Shown: piece after piece, positions 9,904 through 20,100 of the stretch
Layout: every line of letters begins with the position of its first letter
Numbering within the stretch: the first letter of the stretch is position 1
NCBI GenBank assembly: GCA_963710755.1
Contig: CAVQBK010000005.1
Span: 64,001 to 128,000 of the forward strand
Length of the DNA: 64,000 nucleotides
Source of the DNA: an uncultured bacterium
GTDB lineage: Bacteria > Oederibacteriota > JAAXVQ01 > JAUVAV01
Direction: 5' to 3'
The notes under the pieces: model-generated
What the model was told of the DNA's origin: nothing
Database searches by the model: none
What the model saw: only the letters and a program-made list of their open reading frames with translations
Translations under genes and position numbers: made by a program

Positions 9904-10734
9904 TTACAGCGCCACCATGACAATTTTGGCCTGTCGGGCATCGGCCAAGGTTTTTTCTTTTTCCAATATCAAGGTTTTTCCTGCGTCAAAGGCGATTACA
10001 GACAATTTGGCACGGTGCATGGATCTGATGGTTCTGGGACCAATGACCGGCGTGTCGAAACGCATATCCTGGCTGGGTTTGGTGACTTTCACCACGGTGC
10101 CACCTTTTTTATTATATTTGCCGCTGCGTAAAATACAGGCATCAGTGCCTTCCATCGCTTCTATGGCGATCACCGCCTGGTCCTTGACCACAACGGTCTG
10201 GCCTATGTCCGCACCGGCAATATGCTTGGCAATTTTGTAACCAAAATCAATATCCGCTTGTTCTTTTGGAGTTGGTTTTTTATTGGTGAGTACACCCGGT
10301 CCGGGCAAATAGGGTTTCAGCATAGGCAAGGGTGAGATCAATTCAATATCTTCGGAAGCCAGTTTATTGGCCACTGCGCTCAGAATGGAATCAGCCCGTT
10401 TGTCCGCCAGATGAGTCAAAAGCTTTACAGCTTCCCAATCTATTTTCAATTTGGCAAAGAGTTGTTTATGCCGGATCATACCGGCCATCATAGCCTTTTT
10501 CACACCGGCTTTTTTAAAACTGCTGAGCAGCTTGCCCAACTGCCCAAGGCTGATCCAGTGCATTTCATCAACAAGCTCCGCCATACGCGGTTCGGTCTCT
10601 TCCGGAAACCCTACTGCCACCACCTGAAGCCCCATGGCCCGGGCTTCTTTGGCTACCAGGGCGGGGAATTCCCCCCAACCGGCGATGATGCCCAGTTTGT
10701 TATTTGGAAATGCCTCGTTCAGATTCTTTGACAA
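9904..10734 (-). CDS. lpxI: UDP-2,3-diacylglucosamine pyrophosphatase LpxI
   Basis: KLGIIAGWGEFP, DIGQTVVV, AIEAMEGTD, DMRFDTPVIG; start uncertain (overlaps the lpxA end). Confidence 0.9.
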   Translation of the reverse strand: MSKNLNEAFPNNKLGIIAGWGEFPALVAKEARAMGLQVVAVGFPEETEPRMAELVDEMHWISLGQLGKLLSSFKKAGVKKAMMAGMIRHKQLFAKLKIDWEAVKLLTHLADKRADSILSAVANKLASEDIELISPLPMLKPYLPGPGVLTNKKPTPKEQADIDFGYKIAKHIAGADIGQTVVVKDQAVIAIEAMEGTDACILRSGKYNKKGGTVVKVTKPSQDMRFDTPVIGPRTIRSMHRAKLSVIAFDAGKTLILEKEKTLADARQAKIVMVAL

Positions 10735-11476
10735 AGGCAATAAGGGGTTTGATGATTTCTTCATGGCCCATTTCTTCTTCGATTTTTTTTATGGCTTGGG
10801 AAATATTCAACTTGGAGCGGTACAACAAGCGATGGGCTCGGTCCACCACTTTGATTTGATCTTCCGTAAATCCTTTGCGTTGCAGTCCAATTTTATTGAT
10901 ACCCGCAATCCGCAGCGGTGAGCCGGCACACATAACATAAGGTGGCACATCTTTGGGAACCCGGGAGTGGCCGCCGATCATGGCATAGGAGCCGATCCGG
11001 ATATATTGATGGAGCGCGCATAAGCCACCCACATTGGCATGATCCATAATGGTTACATGTCCCGCCATGGCAATGCTGTTGGCAATAATATTGTGATTGC
11101 CAATTTTACAATCATGGGCAATGTGAGCATAAGTCATGATAAGATTACCGTTACCAATAGAAGTCACATTGCCTTCGCCGGTTGCCCGGTTAATGGTGAC
11201 AAACTCGCGGATGGTATTCTTGTCGCCGATGTTAACATAGGTCTTCTCACCATGGAATTTCAAATCCTGGCATTCGTTGCCGAGTACGGCATAGGGAAAT
11301 ATTCTGTTCTCTTGACCAATAGTTGTCCATATATCCACCATGGCGTAAGCGCCAATTTCCGTACGGTCCCCGATGACCGTCTCTTGATTGATAATGGCTC
11401 CTGGACCGATAGTGACATCTTCGCCCAATTGCGCTTGCGGGGAGACAATGGCCGTGGGATGAATTTTTACTGACAC
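10700..11476 (-). CDS. lpxA: Acyl-ACP--UDP-N-acetylglucosamine O-acyltransferase
   Basis: IHPTAIV, QDLKF, IREFVTINRAT, HIAHDC; GTG start with GGAGG RBS. Confidence 0.96.
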   Translation of the reverse strand: MSVKIHPTAIVSPQAQLGEDVTIGPGAIINQETVIGDRTEIGAYAMVDIWTTIGQENRIFPYAVLGNECQDLKFHGEKTYVNIGDKNTIREFVTINRATGEGNVTSIGNGNLIMTYAHIAHDCKIGNHNIIANSIAMAGHVTIMDHANVGGLCALHQYIRIGSYAMIGGHSRVPKDVPPYVMCAGSPLRIAGINKIGLQRKGFTEDQIKVVDRAHRLLYRSKLNISQAIKKIEEEMGHEEIIKPLIAFVKESERGISK

Positions 11477-11645
11477 CGCTTTTGGCCTCCACTTTCCTAA
11501 GATTTCTCGTTCGTGCCTGATCTCCAAACCTGGTAATCTGAGTGAGCAGGCTTTCAGCACCCACGAGTTAGGGCGCCATAGGTTGACTTGCAAGGATGTT
11601 GACTAATAGTAAGCTTATTAATAAGGCAAGGCTTTGAGGAGACGC

Positions 11646-12935
11646 TTAGCGGTCCATAAGCGTGCACATCAGGTCCGCTTCACACACCAGTTTGTCTTCC
11701 ACATAAGCCTGGCCGTGCATTTTTGCAATCTTGCCCTTGATCTTGCCCACCGATAATTCAAAGCGCAATTGGTCACCGGGAATGACCGGCTTGCGAAACT
11801 TGACATTGTCAATACTGATGAAATAAACCACTTTAGTTTCGGGATCGGGAATGCTTTTCATCAAAAGCACCCCGCCGCATTGGGCCATGGCTTCCACGAT
11901 CAACACCCCGGGCATGATGGGATGACCAGGAAAGTGGCCCTGGAAAAAATGTTCGTTCATGGTAACATTTTTAATGCCTACCACTTTTTCACCTTCCACG
12001 AGGTCAATGACCCTGTCCACTAATAAAAATGGATAACGATGGGGCAATAATTTTTCGATATCTTTGGCTTCCACGATCACCTTATGTTCCCCCCCTTGTT
12101 CTTTATTGATTCTCGATTTAAGAAAATTGACCAGTTTCACATTCATACCATGGCCGGTCTTGGTAGCTACGAAATGCCCTTTGACTTCTCTGCCCAGCAG
12201 CGTTAAATCCCCCACCAGGTCCAGTATCTTATGAAGAACCAATTCATCCTCATGCCGTAAAGGACCATTTTTCACACCCGTAGCCGTCAGCACCAAGGCA
12301 TTGTCAGCCGTACCGCCTTTCGCCAAGCCATGCGCCTTAAGCCATTCAATCTCATGTTCAAAACAAAACGTCCGCGCAAATCCTAATGAGGTTTTGAAGT
12401 GTTCCGGCGTAATATCCAACGTCAGACGCCGTTTGCTCAACCAGGTATTGGGGTAATCCATATTATAGGTAATACGCAGGCCGTCATAAGGCCACCCAAC
12501 GATGCTCTTATCTCCTTCTTGAAACACAAAGGGCGAAGTGAGGCAATAAAGGTTGGTTTGCTCTTTGGCCTGCTCCACCACCTCCGCTGCTTCCAGAGCT
12601 TCGATAAAGGGTAAAGCTGAGCCGTCCATAATGGGCGGTTCTTCCGCCGATAGTTCCACCAGACAATTATCGATGCCCAAGCCATGGAGAGCGCTTAAAA
12701 TGTGCTCCACTGTATTAAAGGTCTCCTGGCCTCGGGTCAGGGTGGTCCCCCGACTGGTATCGGTAACCAACCTGCTGTCCGGTTGAAAATGGTTTTCCAA
12801 ATTATGGGATTTGGCTAAACGTAGACCGAAATCAACCTCTGCTGGATGAAAGGTCACTGTGGAAGACTGACCGGTATGTATTCCCACCCCAGAAAGGCTC
12901 ACGGTTTTGGCAATGGTTTTTTGTTTATTGCTCAT
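11646..12935 (-). CDS. lpxC-fabZ: Fused LpxC deacetylase / FabZ dehydratase
   Basis: TVEHILSAL and HKILDLVGDL (LpxC); LPHRYPFLLVDRV and GHFPGHPIMPGVL (FabZ). Confidence 0.96.
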   Translation of the reverse strand: MSNKQKTIAKTVSLSGVGIHTGQSSTVTFHPAEVDFGLRLAKSHNLENHFQPDSRLVTDTSRGTTLTRGQETFNTVEHILSALHGLGIDNCLVELSAEEPPIMDGSALPFIEALEAAEVVEQAKEQTNLYCLTSPFVFQEGDKSIVGWPYDGLRITYNMDYPNTWLSKRRLTLDITPEHFKTSLGFARTFCFEHEIEWLKAHGLAKGGTADNALVLTATGVKNGPLRHEDELVLHKILDLVGDLTLLGREVKGHFVATKTGHGMNVKLVNFLKSRINKEQGGEHKVIVEAKDIEKLLPHRYPFLLVDRVIDLVEGEKVVGIKNVTMNEHFFQGHFPGHPIMPGVLIVEAMAQCGGVLLMKSIPDPETKVVYFISIDNVKFRKPVIPGDQLRFELSVGKIKGKIAKMHGQAYVEDKLVCEADLMCTLMDR

Positions 12936-13956
12936 GATTTTCCAAGGCCTCTAAACGCTTTTCCAATGCATGGATTTTTTTTCGCAAATCGCTGAGTCGC
13001 CCCAGTTCCGCCTGCTCCCGCATATAGGTGCGAAACGGCTTAGCCGGCGTGCCATCGATGAATTGCCCTGCTGGAGTATCTTTGGTAACCCCCGATTGCC
13101 CACCGACCACCACACGATCCCCTATTTTCATATGGCCAGCAGTGCCCGCCTGGCCACCCATCATCACCTGATCACCTACTTTGGTGCTGCCGCTCAAGCC
13201 GGCTTGGCCGGCAATTACCGTATGGCGGCCAATAACCACATTATGGGCCACCATAACCAAATTATCAATTTTAGTGCCTTCCCCGATTCTGGTTTCATGG
13301 AGAGCAGCCCGGTCAATGGTGGTATTGGAACCGATTTCCACATCGTCTTCAATAACCACAATCCCGATTTGTGGAATTTTATGATACCGGCCTTCTGCCG
13401 GCGCAAAACCAAACCCATCCCCGCCGATGACCACGCCCGGGTTGAGGATAACGCGATGCCCCAGACGACACCGTTCCCTGAGAATCACCTGAGGATAAAG
13501 AATACATTGTTCCCCGAGAACGCACTCCTGGCCAATAAACGTTTGCGCCACCACCACTGAACCCCGCCCTATAACCACTTCGGGACCGATCACACAATAA
13601 GGTCCAATGGCTACATCTTCACCCAATTTCGCCGTCGGATCCACGATAGCCGTGGGATGAATGCCAGGACCTGGCAGGGGTATAGTCGGCGCGAACAGGC
13701 CGATGATCTTAACAAAATCAGCATAGGGATTATTACTAACCAATGCGGCTTTGGCCGTGGTCACCCCTACGGGAATAACCACGGCACTGGCCTGAGTTTT
13801 CTCCAGAAGCTTGGCATATTTTTTATTGGCTAAAAAACTAATATCACCTGGTTCCGCTTCCTCCAGGGAGTTCACCCCTGAAATCATCGTTTGGGAATCA
13901 CCGTGCAGTGTCGTTCCCGTTAGCGCCGCCAGGCTGCTTAAGGACTTTTGCATCAC
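12925..13956 (-). CDS. lpxD: UDP-3-O-acylglucosamine N-acyltransferase
   Basis: Hexapeptide repeats, GDGFGFAP, KIPQIG, KIDNLVMVAHN. Confidence 0.96.
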   Translation of the reverse strand: MMQKSLSSLAALTGTTLHGDSQTMISGVNSLEEAEPGDISFLANKKYAKLLEKTQASAVVIPVGVTTAKAALVSNNPYADFVKIIGLFAPTIPLPGPGIHPTAIVDPTAKLGEDVAIGPYCVIGPEVVIGRGSVVVAQTFIGQECVLGEQCILYPQVILRERCRLGHRVILNPGVVIGGDGFGFAPAEGRYHKIPQIGIVVIEDDVEIGSNTTIDRAALHETRIGEGTKIDNLVMVAHNVVIGRHTVIAGQAGLSGSTKVGDQVMMGGQAGTAGHMKIGDRVVVGGQSGVTKDTPAGQFIDGTPAKPFRTYMREQAELGRLSDLRKKIHALEKRLEALENHEQ

Positions 13957-13966
13957 TTGGCCTCAA

Positions 13967-14470
13967 CTATTTATTGAGCGCGTCCAACACCTTGTAGGTA
14001 ATATCATCGCCTTCATAGTAATAAACCGCATTTTTATCCAATACCATGTCGTACTTTTCTTTCTTGGCGATTTTTTGGACCACATTAATCACGTCGTTTT
14101 CCACATTTTCCAATAGCGTTTTTTGTTTTTTAACGATCGCTTGTTGCTCATTGCGATATTTATCCAGAAAAGCTTGCTGGTCTTTCTGGACCTGCTCTTC
14201 AAGCTTTGAGAATTTTTTCTCCGACAAAATACCTTTTTGCACGTCCAAATCATTTTTACGTTTGGCCAAATCCTTCTGCTCTTTTTCCAATTCCGTGCGA
14301 GTGTCTCCCACTTCCTTTTCCAGGCGTTCGGAAGCATCCTTGTACTTGCTGTATTCTTTCACCACCTTGCTGATGTCCAGCACCGCCACTTTGGTCGCGG
14401 CCATGGCCGCGGAGGTGAAAGCCACCAATAAAAACATTGCGATTGTGCTAAGCCAAAAACTTTTTCTCAT
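13967..14470 (-). CDS. skp: Periplasmic chaperone Skp/OmpH
   Basis: Signal peptide, KVAVLD, coiled coil, DITYKVL end; located between bamA and lpxD. Confidence 0.9.
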   Translation of the reverse strand: MRKSFWLSTIAMFLLVAFTSAAMAATKVAVLDISKVVKEYSKYKDASERLEKEVGDTRTELEKEQKDLAKRKNDLDVQKGILSEKKFSKLEEQVQKDQQAFLDKYRNEQQAIVKKQKTLLENVENDVINVVQKIAKKEKYDMVLDKNAVYYYEGDDITYKVLDALNK

Positions 14471-14577
14471 CGTTCCATTCCCCTTTCAGTTTGTGTTTGA
14501 CTATGAAGATCAACCTCTCCAGGCCATGCCCGGCAAGCCTGCCTGCCGACATGAACAAATGGGCTGAGACTCCCCGG

Positions 14578-16932
14578 TTAGAAAATATTGCCAATGCTAA
14601 AGTGGTAAACCAGGCCGGGCGAGGTTCCAGGCAAAGGATCCAAGGGATAACCAAAATCGAAACGAATCAAAATGACAGTACCGGGAATAGTCAACCGCAC
14701 GCCGGTACCAACGCCTTTGCGTAAAGAAGGATCTTCTACGAAATCATTCCCTTCAGAATTTCTGAAATTGGACCATACATTCCCGGCATCGAAAAAGGCC
14801 ACACCTTTAAGCGGACCGATGATGGGATAATGCAGTTCCACATTGGTCACCAATTTCAACTGCCCGCCATTACGTTTGGGATCGCCCTGGAGCGATCCGT
14901 CGCTGTAGCCGCGCACAGAATCAGTACCGCCGACACGATAGAGTTCACTGACCGGCACATCCGGTAAGTCCGGATTGCTGCGCACACCGTAATCGAACCC
15001 GTTGACATAACCAAATTCCCCATGCAAAGCAAGCACCAGTTTCCAGATCAAGGGGATATAATAACTGGTGTCAAATCCATACTTGAGAAAATTATTGTCT
15101 CCGCCCAATACGCCGCCGGCAAATTCTACGGATAGACGATGGTACATACCATAATTGGGGTCGAAAATGTTATCACGAGAATCATAGACCAAGGTGGGGG
15201 TCAGAGAGCTGGTGTCGGTACGGCCTTCGACGGCCAACAGGTCGGAGGTGGTGATGTCCGTATATTCATTGCTTTCCAGCTTATAAGTTAAATAACCTTT
15301 CCACACATCCGAAAATCGCCGGCCAAAACGGATATCTCCACCTTGAGAGAGTAGATTATAGCCTTGCCCGTTGTACCCGTTTTCCTTATTGATGTTCCAT
15401 ACATCCACACCAAAGGAAACGGGCGCATCAAAAAGCCAGGGTTCGGTAAATGACATCTGCCAACTCTGACGCAGACTACCCAATTCCCACTGCAGGCTGA
15501 CCGACTGACCATTGCCGAATAAATTGGCCTGGGTCAGTTGTAAGTACCCCATAAGCTGATCCACCGAGGAATACCCTGCTCCCAGGCTAATAGTACCGGT
15601 CTGACGTTCTTCCACCTCAAACACCAGGACCTGCTCGGAAGGCGTGGACCCAGGTTCTGTACTAATGCGTACATCCTGGAAAAAACCCAAATTCATGATA
15701 TCCTCTTGGGCCCGTTGAATTTTGCGGGAATCAAAAGGCTCCCCATCTTCAATGTTAATTTCCCGGCGAATGACCTTATCTTTGGTGATCGTATTGCCGC
15801 GGATCAGGATATGTTCCACCCTGGCGATGGTGCCTTCACGGATAATAATGGTAATGGTCACCAAGCCGGCTTCATCATTATAATCCAATTCCGGAGAAAC
15901 ATCGGCAAAGATATAACCTTTTTCAGAATAAGCGGAACGTATTTTTTGCATGTCCTGTTCAAAGGCAAGGCGGTCTAAAATTTCGCCTTTTTTCAAATCC
16001 ATTCTGCCTAGCAATTCATCCTCGGAAAAAATGATATTGCCTTTAATATTGATGGCCGCGATTTTATACTGTATGCCCTCTTCAACATCCAAATGGATAT
16101 TCATCTCTTTTTTGGCTGTGTCCACATGCACTGCTTCTTTCACCAGTTCTTCCTTGTGACCGTCAATATCCATCAATCCCATACCAAATATCTTGGCCTT
16201 AAGGTAGCCTTCGCGGGCATAGCTATAAAGTATTTTTTTCAAATCGGTGATAAAGGTCTCTTCCTTAAAAGTCCCCCCCACAAACCAGCCTGCCTCCTTG
16301 GTTTCCATAAATCCCTTGATTTTACCTTCGGAGAAAGCCTTGTTGCCCGATACGGTAATCTTGGTCACCTTGACTTTCATGCCCTCATCAACATCAAAAG
16401 TCAGATTAACTTTATCATTGTCCAGCTTTTGAACCACTGGCGTCACCACGACTTGATAAAATTCTTTTTCCCGATAGAAATCCGCGGTTTTTTCCGCCAG
16501 CTGTTCCGCTTGAAATTCATCATAAGGGGTGCCCGGTTTAATATCCAGTTTGTCCAACAAGTCCTTGGAGCTGATGGACTTATTACCCGAGAATTGGATA
16601 CTGTTGATAATCGGTTTTTCTTTGACTGTTATGACCAAACGAACCTGGCCGTTGCTGAGGGGTACCAGGGAAGCCTGCACATCTTCAAATTTGCCGGTAT
16701 CCCACAGAGCTTTTAAATCCCGGTCCACCACCATATTGACATCACTATAGACATCACCGGGTTTCACTTTCAGCCAGGAGAGAATGTCCTGGCCGGAAGT
16801 CAGTACATTACCTTCAACGGTAATTTCCGAAATGACTTTGTTTTCGAGGGCACGCGCTTGAACCAGCGCAGACAACGAGGAAAGAGTTACAAAGAGACAG
16901 GCCAACCGCAACAAATAATGCCTTATACTCAC
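14578..16932 (-). CDS. bamA: Outer membrane protein assembly factor BamA
   Basis: POTRA domains, VRGY motif, C-terminal FSIGNIF; GTG start after GGAGG. Confidence 0.95.
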   Translation of the reverse strand: MSIRHYLLRLACLFVTLSSLSALVQARALENKVISEITVEGNVLTSGQDILSWLKVKPGDVYSDVNMVVDRDLKALWDTGKFEDVQASLVPLSNGQVRLVITVKEKPIINSIQFSGNKSISSKDLLDKLDIKPGTPYDEFQAEQLAEKTADFYREKEFYQVVVTPVVQKLDNDKVNLTFDVDEGMKVKVTKITVSGNKAFSEGKIKGFMETKEAGWFVGGTFKEETFITDLKKILYSYAREGYLKAKIFGMGLMDIDGHKEELVKEAVHVDTAKKEMNIHLDVEEGIQYKIAAINIKGNIIFSEDELLGRMDLKKGEILDRLAFEQDMQKIRSAYSEKGYIFADVSPELDYNDEAGLVTITIIIREGTIARVEHILIRGNTITKDKVIRREINIEDGEPFDSRKIQRAQEDIMNLGFFQDVRISTEPGSTPSEQVLVFEVEERQTGTISLGAGYSSVDQLMGYLQLTQANLFGNGQSVSLQWELGSLRQSWQMSFTEPWLFDAPVSFGVDVWNINKENGYNGQGYNLLSQGGDIRFGRRFSDVWKGYLTYKLESNEYTDITTSDLLAVEGRTDTSSLTPTLVYDSRDNIFDPNYGMYHRLSVEFAGGVLGGDNNFLKYGFDTSYYIPLIWKLVLALHGEFGYVNGFDYGVRSNPDLPDVPVSELYRVGGTDSVRGYSDGSLQGDPKRNGGQLKLVTNVELHYPIIGPLKGVAFFDAGNVWSNFRNSEGNDFVEDPSLRKGVGTGVRLTIPGTVILIRFDFGYPLDPLPGTSPGLVYHFSIGNIF

Positions 16933-16964
16933 CAGATCCTCCATGGGTTTAAAAAATTTGCAAA

Positions 16965-16993
16965 ATTGTAACAAAAGGTTAAAAGACCGTCAA
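16965..16993 (-). promoter_or_regulatory. Internal promoter upstream of bamA
   Basis: TTGACG-17 bp-TACAAT with extended -10 TG. Confidence 0.5.
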
Positions 16994-17144
16994 CAACTAA
17001 CGCATTCATAAGGCTGGAAATGAATTTTTTGGACACCGTCAAATAAAATTCGGACTTCCAATATCAACGCCAACTTATGCAATCTAAGCTTCCGGTCTGT
17101 AAGTAAGTTTATCCCTGCGGCGAACGGATGCGTATTGATTTCAA

Positions 17145-20100
17145 TTAATCCAAAGGAATAATGGTGGGCGTAGGGTTAACGGAGTGCGGGTTTTGCCGAC
17201 GGTTTCCGTCATGTTCTTTGGGGGCCCAACTGTCGAAATGCACCCGCCCCTCAATACCCCAAAACAGTTCCTGGTCGGAATCAGTATCAAAATTTTTGTA
17301 AACTTTAATTTTACGCGAAGGATCTATATTATATTCCAAACCCAAATAGGACTGCCAGGTCAGGTTGCCCTGATCCGCCTCCCGTTCCTTCAATATCCCC
17401 CGATAATTCAGAAAAAGATCGTCTGTCAAATATTTGCCTACGTCAATTTGAGTGTCCTGCAGAAGGCTGGTGCCTGTCACCCCCCCGCCGGAACCAGTGC
17501 TGGCGTTGGTTGTATTGCTGCCGGACATTATCGATCCCGCCAGTTTTTCCATGCCCCCTAAGCGAATATCTATAACATCCAAATCAAGGGGCGTAATTTT
17601 CTTGATGCTTTTTTCAATCTCCCGTCCTATGAGATTTCCAGCCAATCGCCCCAAGACCCGAGCGCCGGCTGTCTGAATTTTTTGCTCCAGTTCCGCCTGG
17701 CTCCAATTGGAATAATCCTCCCCCAGCGTTAATAAGGACATAATCTGTGCTTGTGTCATCTCCGGGTCGGAAGATAATTTTAATTTAAGCGCACCCACCT
17801 GGCCTTCCACCCTTAGGTAGATGATGGCATCACGGCTATGGCCTTCATCCTTGATTTGAACATTTCTGATGGTGGTTTTGGTCAAGGCGCTAAGCCGGGG
17901 CAGATCTTTCCCTCGAAAAATTAGCTCTGTGGCTTCGTTGGGATCGAGGGTAAATTCGTTATTTAAATAAATCATACTGCCGCGGGCCACCACAATGTGC
18001 CCGTCCCCTCGAAATTGATATTTATCGCCATTCAAGACAACGCTTTGTTGTGGGGCCAACTGAGCACGGACCACATCCTTATAAAACCACAAATTTTTGA
18101 GACTGGTCAGCTTTAAATGGTCATAACTCACGGCACCCCCTTTCACATTTTTGGCAAAAGGGGTCAGGGGTATGGCAGGGAAGGTGAACTGCCCGTCGGA
18201 CAAGGCCAAGTCCCCGCCCAGGACCGGATTCTCGAGGGTGCCGGTTATGGTCAGATCGACATCCGCCAAGGCGGATACAAATTCAAAATCCTCGGTGTTA
18301 TCCAATTTGATGCGGCCGTCACGGGATTGCAAATGCAAATTCAATTCATGGGGAACCAAGCGCCTGAATTCGGTAAGCCATTTTTTCGTTTTCCCGGCTG
18401 AGATCACCAGCCGGCCTTCCCCAACCTTTCCTTCAAAACGCCTGGCCACCAGCTTATTGTCGTTGATCTGGAGGTCCGCAAATAAATGATCTATTTTAGG
18501 AGCATAATACCGGGGATATACCGTACCATTTTCGATGCGAATCGTCCCATTCAAACTGGGGTAGTCCATGGTTCCTTTGACCGTCAAAGCCAGCGCGCTC
18601 TTACCCGAGCCGGAGGCGATGTAGGGAATAAAACGCAAAAAATCCAAGTCGCCCTGGGGCATCGTGACCTGCACGTCCATCTCCTCGCCTTCCATGGCTT
18701 TGACTGCCTTCGCTGTTTGCGGCAGAGGTATTTTCCCCGAGAGCTTCAGATTGTATTTGCCGGTGCGCTGCAATAGACACCCCTCTTGGGGGCCTTTAAA
18801 ATATAACCAGTCGTGATCGATTAAAATTTTCCCGCTGAAAATATCAAAGGGCAGGTCAATGACACTGCCATTTTCGATTTTCACCGCTATTTCAAAATGT
18901 GGTATCTTACTGGGATCGGTATAGTGAACGGAGCCAAAGGCACGTCCTGTCCACGCCTGCGGCCAGCCCAGGGTTTTAGCAATGATATCGGCGCCCACAT
19001 CATTAATGTCAAAAAGGATATCCGACGTCCCCTGACCGTCAATGCGTCCCTTACCGCTGATCAATACTTTGCCAGCATGCTGCAGTTGCAATTGATTAAA
19101 TATCAAAGCCCCGTCAGGCGGAGCGGTCAAAGCTGCTTCCAAATGATAACTCAAGTCGGGAGTGGTGCGAATTCTGACCTGTTTATCTTGATAATTGATA
19201 ATAGCCTTTAGCAATCCGAACGATTGCAGATCAATGCCAAAATCCTGACTGGCCACCTCCAAGGTCATATCATAAACCGGTTTTAGTTTAATGTTGCCGG
19301 TAACGGCTAAATGACCATTAAACTTCCTCGACAAAAAATTAAAATGATCAGCTTCAAATCCGCTGTCAACCGTCCAATAATCCTTGGGGTTCCTTTGACA
19401 GGTCAACTTAACAGCCTTAATGGACCCTTGCGCTTGCCGTCCTTCCAGGTCATTGATGGTGAGCTGGTTTTTTTCCAGGTTCAGGTCAGCCTGTAAATGG
19501 GTGAAGTTCCAACTGCCGTGTTTAAACTGATCGGCACTCACCCTGCCTTTCAAGGTCTGCAACCGTCCTGACTTGCCGGAGAAGGTCAAATCACTGGTCA
19601 GATTCCCGCGGGGTGCCTTTTCATAGGTTTCTGCCAACAGCATATCCAATAACCAGGCCAGGGGCACAGCCTGGGTTTTTACGTGACCTTTAAATTTGAT
19701 CGGTTGACCGCTGCCCAGGCCTTCTAGCGCCATGGTGGCCGAGAGCTGCCGGCTTTTATCCAGGGTTAAGGTGGTTGATAAAGTACTTTGAGCAGCCGAC
19801 CAGTTGACCTGGCCTTCTCCGGAAACAGGTTGATGCAACGGTGGCCGGCCGGGTGCCAAAAGGCTGCGAAGGGTGGAGAGATCGGCTTTTTTTAAAGAAA
19901 AGTTTAGCTGTCCCTGTTTTCGAGGACCGGTCTGTACTTGTCCGTTCATGGTAATGGACCGGCCCCAGTTCAGATCTTTTAACCACAAAACCTGGCGGCC
20001 AAATTGAAACCGTCCTGCCAGCGCATCTAAATTACGGCCATCCATTTTGAAGCGGTTAAGGGTAATGGATCCGCGGTGCTGGGGTTGGCCGTCAACCACC

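Noticed and set aside
11646-12935. lpxC-fabZ fusion as a novelty
   Set aside because: Well known in Bacteroidota/Chlorobiota and several other phyla
14537-14552. GCCTGCCTGCCGAC (and a similar motif at about 45867-45885) as a CCTGCCTGCCGGCAGGCAGG-type repeat
   Set aside because: Only half-sites; too short to distinguish from chance
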